This document shows, one piece after another, positions 1 through 7,774 of a stretch of DNA of 28,434 nt (position 1 is the first letter of the stretch; each line of letters opens with the position of its first letter). Origin of the DNA: an uncultured Alphaproteobacteria bacterium (GTDB lineage: Bacteria > Pseudomonadota > Alphaproteobacteria > Rs-D84); assembly GCA_946611025.1 (NCBI GenBank), contig CAMOCR010000001.1:1-28434 (forward strand), written 5' to 3'. The translations under genes and the position numbers were made by a program. A model generated the notes under the pieces. That model searched no databases, was not told where the DNA came from, and was given only the letters and a program-made list of their open reading frames with translations.

Positions 1-749
1 GTCGTATTAGTCGGATTTGCTGTGCATTCAGAAACTTTTAAACTTTTCCCATCTTCGAAAATACTGTTATAATAATCTGTATCATTTTTCTTTAATACAT
101 CAATAAAATTTTTCGGATAACTACTTTCCAACAAATCAAGTCCACCTTCTTTCCACCCATACGCAACTTCTGTTTTGTTAGAATTTACTTTCTTTGTATC
201 CTTTAGATACTTGATATATTTCTCATGAAAATCATTGATACTTTTATCACTCATTATTCCTAAATTTCCATACCCTATCCGTTTTACTGGATATGATTTA
301 TCTACAAGCCCCTCTTTAACAACATTAACATAATGAATTTTATCTGTTGGAACTTCATATATAGCAAAATCAGACAACCAAGCGTCTTTTACACCAGATG
401 CTTTATATGTCACAGACATTATTTCCCGTGCTGGTGTTGTTATATTGATTTTTTTATGAAGTGCACCATCATTTCTTTTGACACAATGCTTTGCAGTATA
501 AACATATAATTTACCATCTGGTAATTTTGCCACAACCCCACTACACATATAAGTGTACACAGTGTCCTGTATTTTTTCTTTTGCCTCTACTTTGACCACT
601 GCATTATATGGTTTTTCTTTCTTTTGTTCATCTGTCACATAGCAACGCTTGTCTATCGTGTATTCTTTTGGTTTCGTACAATGGTCGTCACCGAATGCCA
701 ACATGGGCGATATAAATGCTAATAAAAATGTCACTACACTTCTTTTCAT
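1..749 (-). CDS. Secreted trypsin-like (S1/V8-type) serine protease, 3' end truncated by window edge; not in the supplied ORF track
   Basis: Manual translation from ATG at 749 stays open to position 1: MKRSVVTFLLAFISPMLAFG (signal peptide) ... YMCSGVV ... YVYTAKHCV (His at 486-488) ... SDFAIYEV (Asp at 369-371) ... RIGYG ... LKVSEC. The catalytic Ser motif would lie beyond the edge. Confidence 0.75.
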   Translation of the reverse strand, partial: MKRSVVTFLLAFISPMLAFGDDHCTKPKEYTIDKRCYVTDEQKKEKPYNAVVKVEAKEKIQDTVYTYMCSGVVAKLPDGKLYVYTAKHCVKRNDGALHKKINITTPAREIMSVTYKASGVKDAWLSDFAIYEVPTDKIHYVNVVKEGLVDKSYPVKRIGYGNLGIMSDKSINDFHEKYIKYLKDTKKVNSNKTEVAYGWKEGGLDLLESSYPKNFIDVLKKNDTDYYNSIFEDGKSLKVSECTANPTNT

Positions 750-1699
750 CTCAGCACATCCTCGCATCGTTGTGCAGACGCCATCAATTTCTTGGTCAGT
801 GTTATCAGCGATATATTTAACCCCGTTTCAACTGCCCCGGTCGCTATATTTGCCCCCGACATCACATTTGCAGTTGTATTTAATGCCTGTTCTTTCCGCT
901 TGTCTTTATTTGACATTTTTATTTTGTTTTCCATGTCCATATATTTGTTTGAATTTGCCGCCGCACTGGTTCCAACACCAACCGCACCAATTGCAACCCC
1001 CGCAACAGATGTTCCCATAACCCCTTTCATTCTGTTTTCTATTTTTTCAATATCGCTGATATTTATTGGTTTGCACCATGTGCGCGCGTTGCTTAATTTT
1101 TTCATAACATTGTGTTCCATTGGATTTGCACCAACCTTCTTTAATTCTATTTCGATATCTGGTATGGCTTCTATCATTTCATTACAAGCCGTCACGCGCT
1201 GAATTAAATCAGATTGGTTTGTATTTATTCCTGACATTATCGCAGATGCCAAATTTGTTCCAATCGTGCCTGCTAATAACCCGGTACGCCAATTCCCCAA
1301 TTGTTTTGATTTTTCAATATGTTCTTGTAATTCTGCAATTTGCGCCATCGGCTGTAATACATTTTCAAAAAATTCGGCATTGCTCATTGCTTCTACACCT
1401 TCGGCAGAACATCCACCCGCATTGCACATTTCTTCGATTAGCCTATCAATCTCTTCTTCCTCTTTTGACTTTGTGATACCAGCAACCAATGCACCACCCG
1501 CCGCAACCGTTCCCACAACAGATACCGCCGTGTTCGCCTTGGATATATTCGCGACACGACCAATCTCGTCAGCGACACCCGAACACACAACACGAATCGC
1601 CTCATATGCCACTGTGGCATTGGAAACAACATCGTCTACATCTGCAAACGATGCAACAGGGAACAGAAACAACAAAAACAAAATCGGTATTTTTACCAT
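746..1699 (-). CDS. Secreted Gly/Ala-zipper helical protein, paralog A (hypothetical, 317 aa)
   Basis: Signal peptide MVKIPILFLLFLFPVASFA; four Gly/Ala/Thr-rich hydrophobic segments; 6 Cys; aligns end to end with 18782-19726 (e.g. SKQLGNWRTGLLAG vs SKSLGNWRTGLMAG). AGGG RBS upstream of ATG 1699. Confidence 0.85.
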   Translation of the reverse strand: MVKIPILFLLFLFPVASFADVDDVVSNATVAYEAIRVVCSGVADEIGRVANISKANTAVSVVGTVAAGGALVAGITKSKEEEEIDRLIEEMCNAGGCSAEGVEAMSNAEFFENVLQPMAQIAELQEHIEKSKQLGNWRTGLLAGTIGTNLASAIMSGINTNQSDLIQRVTACNEMIEAIPDIEIELKKVGANPMEHNVMKKLSNARTWCKPINISDIEKIENRMKGVMGTSVAGVAIGAVGVGTSAAANSNKYMDMENKIKMSNKDKRKEQALNTTANVMSGANIATGAVETGLNISLITLTKKLMASAQRCEDVLR

Positions 1700-1708
1700 A
1701 TGTCTGCC

Positions 1709-3307
1709 CTATTTTTTCAAATACTGAATCGGGTTATACGCGCGCGTTCCACGGCGAATTTCAAAGTGCAATTGCGGCTTGTCAACCTTGCCTGTCTTGC
1801 CGACCGTGCCGATTTTTTGCCCGACACGCACATTTGTACCGCGTCGCACCCCCAGTGAATCCATATGGGCATAGACCGTCATCCAACCATCGCTGTGTTG
1901 AATAATAACCAGATTACCCATACCTTTGACCTCATTCCCGGCATATGCCACAACGCCGTTTTCCGCAGCCAGAACCGATGTGCCAACATTTGCGCCGATA
2001 TTTATACCATCGTTAAACAGACCGCCGTTTTTCGCACCATAGTTTGATAAAACGCGCCCCCGCACCGGCCACGAGAATTTAGATGCCGACCGCGCTGCAA
2101 TTGTTGGCGCCTTGGTGGATGACTTGATTTGTGTTGTCTTGGTTGCGGTTTGTTTTTTGGTTGTTTGTTCCTTTGGCTTTTTATCTTGATTGGTGGCCTT
2201 AGATTTTGTTGCTGATTTTTGTTCTGGTTTTGTGGCTGGTTTGTTTGCCTGTTTTGCCGTCACCTTGGCGGATTGATGATTTGCCATCTTGGTTTCTGCC
2301 TTGGGCGCGGCCTTGGCTGGTGCAGTTGTTGCCGCCTTCGCCGTACGCACCGGCGCCGATGACAAATCTGGCACACGCAATGTCTGCCCCGCATACAGCG
2401 CAAACGGTGGTGTCAAATTATTTATAACCGCCAAATCATTTACCGGTATTGAATATTTACGCGATAATGAATATAACGTGTCACCCGGCGCAACCGTCAC
2501 CGCACCAACATCAACACGCGTTGTTGTTTTGTGTGCTGGCTCTGCCTTTGGTTTTGGTTCCGCTTTGGCTTCTACTTTTGATTCTGGTTTCGGCTCTGGT
2601 TTTACTTCTGCCTTGGTTTCGGATTTTGTGGCTGGGGCTGTTTTAATTTCAGCAATCGCCTGTTCGGTTGGAACACGCACGCGCAGTTTTTGCCCCACCC
2701 GCAACAAATATGGCGCGGTTAAATTGTTTTCTTTTGCGATTTCTTCAACCGTCATATTGTATTTTTTACCCAACAAATACAGTGTATCGCCACGCACAAC
2801 GGCTATTTCCGTATACTCGTCCGCCCCACCATACATTGGAATATTCAATTTATCGTCTGTTTTGCTGTGTTCATCCCATGCAATATCATCTTCGTCAGCC
2901 GTTCCATCTGGGGTATTGTCTGGCACGACCAGTGTATCATCAACATCGTCACCCACAAATTCATCCATTTCGTCCGGGGCGTCATCATCTGTTGCATCTG
3001 GTGTGTTATCATCAGTGCTTTCTTCAACTGGTTGTGGCGGGACAATATAGTCATCAACCGATGAATACAAAACATAATCGTCACCAGTTGCATCGGTACC
3101 ATATACTTCTGGTGCGGCATACACGCCATAGTCTGTTGCCGCCGAATTATATATTTCGGGTTGGGCGTTTGGGTCCGCCAACAACGCCGGATAACGCGCC
3201 GAAATAAATTCACCAACCGTATCGGGTAATGATGTTATTTTGGGTTGCAAATCACATGCTGCAACGCCCAATATTGCAACCAATAAAAATGCACTGAATT
3301 TTTTCAC
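1709..3307 (-). CDS. nlpD: NlpD/DipM-like lipoprotein with two LysM domains and a degenerate M23 (LytM) domain
   Basis: Lipobox VAAC; LysM motifs VVRGDTLYLLGKKY and VAPGDTLYSLSRKY; M23 motifs FSWPVRG, NDGINIG, YAHMD, PQLHFEIR; lies directly downstream of tatC. Confidence 0.88.
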   Translation of the reverse strand: MKKFSAFLLVAILGVAACDLQPKITSLPDTVGEFISARYPALLADPNAQPEIYNSAATDYGVYAAPEVYGTDATGDDYVLYSSVDDYIVPPQPVEESTDDNTPDATDDDAPDEMDEFVGDDVDDTLVVPDNTPDGTADEDDIAWDEHSKTDDKLNIPMYGGADEYTEIAVVRGDTLYLLGKKYNMTVEEIAKENNLTAPYLLRVGQKLRVRVPTEQAIAEIKTAPATKSETKAEVKPEPKPESKVEAKAEPKPKAEPAHKTTTRVDVGAVTVAPGDTLYSLSRKYSIPVNDLAVINNLTPPFALYAGQTLRVPDLSSAPVRTAKAATTAPAKAAPKAETKMANHQSAKVTAKQANKPATKPEQKSATKSKATNQDKKPKEQTTKKQTATKTTQIKSSTKAPTIAARSASKFSWPVRGRVLSNYGAKNGGLFNDGINIGANVGTSVLAAENGVVAYAGNEVKGMGNLVIIQHSDGWMTVYAHMDSLGVRRGTNVRVGQKIGTVGKTGKVDKPQLHFEIRRGTRAYNPIQYLKK

Positions 3308-3313
3308 ACCGCA

Positions 3314-3342
3314 ATTATATCATAATTTCGGCAACAAATAAA
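3314..3342 (-). promoter_or_regulatory. Sigma70-type promoter with extended -10, probably leaderless
   Basis: Minus strand TTTATT-17 nt-TATAAT with TG at the extended position; the -10 (3314-3319) is 6 nt from GTG 3307 with no RBS. Confidence 0.6.
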
Positions 3343-3359
3343 CAGTTATGGGAATGTTT

Positions 3360-4064
3360 TTAATCCCGCATGAACAAAATACTGGATTCAAACAGCAGCC
3401 ACATCGGCACCGCCAACAGAATCTGGGACACGACATCTGGTGGTGTTAAAACCGCCGCAACAATCACGATAAAGACAATTGCATAGCGGCGCATTTTTAT
3501 AACACTTTGACGCGATAACACGCCCAACCGGTTCAGCATAACCATAACCAGCGGCAATTGAAACGCAACACCAAACACGCGCAACAGGCCAATTGAAAAC
3601 GACAAATAATCACGCGCCACCGGCAACATCAAAGATGGCACCGGCGATGATTCGTTTAATTCAATAAAGAACCGAAATACAAACGGCAACAAAACATAGA
3701 ACGCAAACCCCGCACCAATTAAAAACAAAACCGGTGATAAAATTAAAATTGGGAAAATAAACCCGCGTTCATTTTTTTTCAACCCCGGCGCAACAAACGC
3801 CCACACATGCCACAGCGCAACCGGTATTGTCACAATTATAGCAATTAAAAATGCCAATGACATTTGTATCATAAAACCATCGGTAATTCCCGAATACAAC
3901 AGCGCACCATCGGGCCATATATTTATCAGTGGCGCGGTTAAAAAATCTTGGACAACCGGTGCCACACACCACCCAAAAACCAACGCACAAACAAACACCG
4001 CCAATGCCCACAAAATGCGGCGGCGCAGTTCAGCAAAATGTTGCATCATTGTCATTTTTTTCAT
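3360..4064 (-). CDS. tatC: Twin-arginine translocase subunit TatC
   Basis: HFAELRRR, APGLKKNE, FQLP, AAVLTPPDVVSQILLAVPMWLLFE motifs; six hydrophobic segments; ATGA overlap with tatB. Confidence 0.96.
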   Translation of the reverse strand: MKKMTMMQHFAELRRRILWALAVFVCALVFGWCVAPVVQDFLTAPLINIWPDGALLYSGITDGFMIQMSLAFLIAIIVTIPVALWHVWAFVAPGLKKNERGFIFPILILSPVLFLIGAGFAFYVLLPFVFRFFIELNESSPVPSLMLPVARDYLSFSIGLLRVFGVAFQLPLVMVMLNRLGVLSRQSVIKMRRYAIVFIVIVAAVLTPPDVVSQILLAVPMWLLFESSILFMRD

Positions 4065-4372
4065 TTTTTGCGCACCGTTTTTCTTGTCGTGGTTGTACGT
4101 TTTTTCTTTACCGATTTTGCGGTTTTACGTGGTGATGAAAAATCGGCCAGAATATCATCTGTTGTTGTTTTGATTAAATCATCGATTGGTTTTTCTAAAT
4201 CAATTTGCGTTTTTATTTTTTCAGTTGCATCGGTTATTTTCCACACAATCGAACGCACAAATTTCACCGCACGCGCAACAAGGCGCGCCACATCTGGCCA
4301 CATGCGCGCCGGCACGATTAACACCGCCACAACAATAATTACAAAAAATTCGGCCAGACTTATACCAAACAT
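4061..4372 (-). CDS. tatB: Twin-arginine translocase subunit TatB
   Basis: MFGISLAEFFVIIVVAVLIVPARMWP N-terminus followed by an amphipathic helix; immediately upstream of tatC. Confidence 0.85.
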   Translation of the reverse strand: MFGISLAEFFVIIVVAVLIVPARMWPDVARLVARAVKFVRSIVWKITDATEKIKTQIDLEKPIDDLIKTTTDDILADFSSPRKTAKSVKKKRTTTTRKTVRKK

Positions 4373-4381
4373 GTTTTTCCA

Positions 4382-4996
4382 TTAGTCATAGAAGTCATCA
4401 CCACCACTGGTGCTGACGGTTTTATGACGCGAAATTTGAAAATAATTTTTTCCAAAATTCGTTTTTGTTTGCAAACCATTAAACGCGACATCGGTTTTTG
4501 CACCGGTTGCATCAACGACACTCCACGATTTTAATTTGACCGGTTTATTATCAAACACAACCGTCATGTGCCCCAGCCCCTCTTGTCCACGCAAATTCAT
4601 TTTCAGCGAAAACGAATCTGGGTCAGACTTGGTTTCAATTACATTTATATCCGCATTTTTCAAATCAATGTTTTTGCGAATCAAAATTCCCGCCGGCGTA
4701 CTGGTCAATGGCACAGTTGTAATTTGGTCCAGTGATTTATCAAAGAAATATAAATCTTTGCCATCGGCAATCATTTGCACCGGCATTTTATCATAGTCCA
4801 ACCGCACACGCCCCGGACGCAACATTGAAAAAGTCCCGCGATCAACACGCGAACCCGCCGTTTGTACAAAGCCACCAGTTAGCCCCGTAATTCCGTTTAA
4901 ATATTTTTCGGCACGCGTCACCAATGTGCTATCGACCATCGCATAAGATGACGATGCCAAAACAATTCCAAATATTGCAAATAATAATTTTTTCAT
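4382..4996 (-). CDS. lolA: Outer-membrane lipoprotein carrier LolA family protein
   Basis: Signal peptide; FVQ, RPGRVRLDY, MIADGKDLYFFD, TTVPLTSTPAGIL as in alphaproteobacterial LolA. Confidence 0.9.
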   Translation of the reverse strand: MKKLLFAIFGIVLASSSYAMVDSTLVTRAEKYLNGITGLTGGFVQTAGSRVDRGTFSMLRPGRVRLDYDKMPVQMIADGKDLYFFDKSLDQITTVPLTSTPAGILIRKNIDLKNADINVIETKSDPDSFSLKMNLRGQEGLGHMTVVFDNKPVKLKSWSVVDATGAKTDVAFNGLQTKTNFGKNYFQISRHKTVSTSGGDDFYD

Positions 4997-4999
4997 TTT

Positions 5000-5953
5000 C
5001 TACATTCCCTTAAATGCTGCTATTACTTGGGCGCGTACATTCTCTAATGTATCGCCCCGCACAACCGCGCCGGCGGCATGTTCATGACCACCACCACCAA
5101 ACGATGCGGCAATTTTGTCAATTGCGGCACTGCGACTGCGAATCGAAATACCGATTTGTGTTTCTTTCTGTTCCTTTAACAAGACGATATATTCAACGCC
5201 ATGAATTTGTCCCAAGATGTTCAACACCATTTCCCCGCGACCATCCATGTCGCGATAGTCACGCCGTGTAATTGTTGCAACCGCCAATTTGTTGTGATAG
5301 AAAAATTCTGCATTACCCGCCGCACGCGCTTCGACCAGAACAGCCTTGCGCGGTTTGTTATTCATTATTTCAACCAGATGACGTATCGACACCCCACCCG
5401 ACACCAAATCTGCCATAATCGATAACGATTCGGCATTTTTTGCAAACTTGAAATTACCCGTATCGGTTAAAATTGCCACCGCCAGCAAATCGCGCACATC
5501 CATATCAATGCGCCACTTTAATTCTTGCACGATGCGATAAATCACAACCGCCGTTGCATCGGCATTTTCATCATCAATACACAAACCTGCAATCGGGTTA
5601 TCATTTTTATGATGGTCAATTTCCACAACAAACTTTGCATTTTTTACAATTTCCAGCGGACCGCCAACCTGATGTTCGGCGCCATAGTCCAACAAAATTG
5701 CCATATCAAATGCATTTGATGTATCGATTTTATTCCAACAATGTGCATGACGGCGCAACGGCACACCATCCAGATAATCTGGTACATTGCCGTCATAAAC
5801 ACACACGCATTTTATGCCATAGTTTTTTTCAATCAGCCGCGCCAGCGCCAACACAGAACACAATGCATCACCATCTGGGTTTTTATGCGCCATGATTGCA
5901 ATGCTGGTTGCACTGCGTAATTTTTCATCAAAAATCTTTACGTTTTTTTTCAT
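5000..5953 (-). CDS. nrnA: DHH/DHHA1 phosphoesterase, NrnA-like (oligoribonuclease/PAP phosphatase)
   Basis: HKNPDGDALCS, ILLDYG, IDHH, ILTDTGNF, ISIRS, GGGGHEHAAG. Confidence 0.88.
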   Translation of the reverse strand: MKKNVKIFDEKLRSATSIAIMAHKNPDGDALCSVLALARLIEKNYGIKCVCVYDGNVPDYLDGVPLRRHAHCWNKIDTSNAFDMAILLDYGAEHQVGGPLEIVKNAKFVVEIDHHKNDNPIAGLCIDDENADATAVVIYRIVQELKWRIDMDVRDLLAVAILTDTGNFKFAKNAESLSIMADLVSGGVSIRHLVEIMNNKPRKAVLVEARAAGNAEFFYHNKLAVATITRRDYRDMDGRGEMVLNILGQIHGVEYIVLLKEQKETQIGISIRSRSAAIDKIAASFGGGGHEHAAGAVVRGDTLENVRAQVIAAFKGM

Positions 5954-7717
5954 TTATCCCAACGCAATATCTTCCAAGAAAAACTGTGGCGATACATGAC
6001 CATTGTATTCGTTTTTCTTTAATTTGCCTAATACCATTATTTTAGTGTTTGTATTCGCATCGTCCAGTAAAAAATCACCAACCGGCGTTCCAACCAGATT
6101 AAAGCCAACAAACGCCAATTGCTGACCGCGACTGGTCGAAATCGCGCCGCGCAAATGTGAACCATTTCCCATTGTGGTTGCAAAACGCAACAATCCCCCA
6201 TGCAACACCAATGTTGGTTCGGGGTTGCCTTGGCCAAACGGTTCCAGTGCGGACACCTGATTTATTAAATTCATTGTCGCACCAGACGCATCCAATTCGG
6301 CATCAACGTGCGTTTGGCCAATCGGCGATTTACCGTCTAATTGCGTAACAACCGACTTTTCCAGAAATTCACAAAACGCATCTTCTTGGTTTGCATTCAG
6401 CGAAAATCCCGCCGCCGCGGCATGACCGCCCCCTTCGGTTAAAATGCCCGCTGCCAACGCTTCGTGTATAATATGTCCCAAATCAACCGATGCAATTGAA
6501 CGACCCGATCCATTTATAACACCATCACACTTGGTTGCGACACACGATGGTAAATTATATCTGTCTTTTAATCGTCCGGCGATAATTCCCATCACACCAC
6601 CGTGCCAATTGTCGCCACATACAAACAAACTGTGCCTGCCCACCGCGCAACACTTGTCCGCCATTTCGGTTGCATGCAACATAATCGCATTTTGAATATC
6701 GATGCGTTCATGATTCATTTCATCCAAACGCTTTGCCAAATCAGCCGCAATCAACGGATTGTCCGTCAGCAACAAATCCAACGCCGGCGATGCAGAATCC
6801 AACCGTCCCGCCGCATTTAACCGTGGTCCCAAAACAAAGCCAGCGGCATAAACCGTTGCGCTTTTTACGCCGGCGACATCCATCAACACACGCAGTCCCA
6901 GATTTTGTCTGCGTCCCAATACCTTTAGACCGGTTGTCACAAACGCGCGGTTTAATTTTACCAATGGCATTGTGTCGCATATTGTCCCCAGCGCAACCAA
7001 ATCCAGATAATCGCGCAAATCTGTGTTAGCAATTCTGGTTTGCATATCGTCATCTAAATCACGCGACTTTAATTCACGCCGCAACGCAACCAGTGTCATA
7101 AACGCAACACCAACCCCCGCCATATATTGCAAACCCGATGTATCATCGGCGCGTTTTGGATTTACAACCGCATCCGCCGCCGGCAAAACATCATCTGGGG
7201 AATGGTGGTCGGTCACAACAATACGCAGACCAATATCGCGTGCATGTTTAACCTCTGCAATGCCACTGATACCACAATCCACGGTTATAATTATTTTTGC
7301 ACCCGCCGCGGCAATTTCATCAATCGCGGCAATGTTCAAACCATAGCCTTCGCCTTCACGTGTGGGCAAATGCCACATAACATCGCACCCCAACGCACGC
7401 AGATATTTCACCATTATCGCGGTTGATGTTATACCATCAACATCATAGTCGCCATATATTGCAATTTTATCATGCCCCACCACCGCATCGGCAATTATGC
7501 GCGCGGCATTATCCATATCAGCCATCGTTGATGGGTTTGGCATATATTTAATACTGGGGTTTAAAAATTCTGTGACATCGGCATCCGTCACAATACCACG
7601 CTGTGCCAGAATTTTTTCAACCAACCGGTCGGTTGCATATGTGTCGTTATTACCATCTTCATACGCATCAACAACCCATGCCCGACCCAGCATGGATTTT
7701 TCAACTATCTTTCTCAC
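5954..7717 (-). CDS. recJ: Single-stranded-DNA exonuclease RecJ
   Basis: IYGDYDVDGITS, ITVDCG, VTDHH, VALGTICD, GPRLNAAGR, GSGRS, GGGHAAAAG, LEPFGQGNPEP. Confidence 0.96.
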   Translation of the reverse strand: MRKIVEKSMLGRAWVVDAYEDGNNDTYATDRLVEKILAQRGIVTDADVTEFLNPSIKYMPNPSTMADMDNAARIIADAVVGHDKIAIYGDYDVDGITSTAIMVKYLRALGCDVMWHLPTREGEGYGLNIAAIDEIAAAGAKIIITVDCGISGIAEVKHARDIGLRIVVTDHHSPDDVLPAADAVVNPKRADDTSGLQYMAGVGVAFMTLVALRRELKSRDLDDDMQTRIANTDLRDYLDLVALGTICDTMPLVKLNRAFVTTGLKVLGRRQNLGLRVLMDVAGVKSATVYAAGFVLGPRLNAAGRLDSASPALDLLLTDNPLIAADLAKRLDEMNHERIDIQNAIMLHATEMADKCCAVGRHSLFVCGDNWHGGVMGIIAGRLKDRYNLPSCVATKCDGVINGSGRSIASVDLGHIIHEALAAGILTEGGGHAAAAGFSLNANQEDAFCEFLEKSVVTQLDGKSPIGQTHVDAELDASGATMNLINQVSALEPFGQGNPEPTLVLHGGLLRFATTMGNGSHLRGAISTSRGQQLAFVGFNLVGTPVGDFLLDDANTNTKIMVLGKLKKNEYNGHVSPQFFLEDIALG

Positions 7718-7745
7718 TATCTACTCTTTTTTTATTATCAAGAGT

Positions 7746-7774
7746 ATTATAAACGAAAATTATTCAAATAGCAA
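7746..7774 (-). promoter_or_regulatory. Sigma70-type promoter for recJ-nrnA-lolA-tatBC
   Basis: Minus strand TTGCTA (7769-7774)-17 nt-TATAAT (7746-7751); the -35 lies inside the end of ftsI. Confidence 0.55.

Noticed and set aside
5000-7717. Tandem DHH genes nrnA and recJ as a special nuclease system
   Set aside because: Both are canonical housekeeping members with full motifs; adjacency alone is weak evidence.
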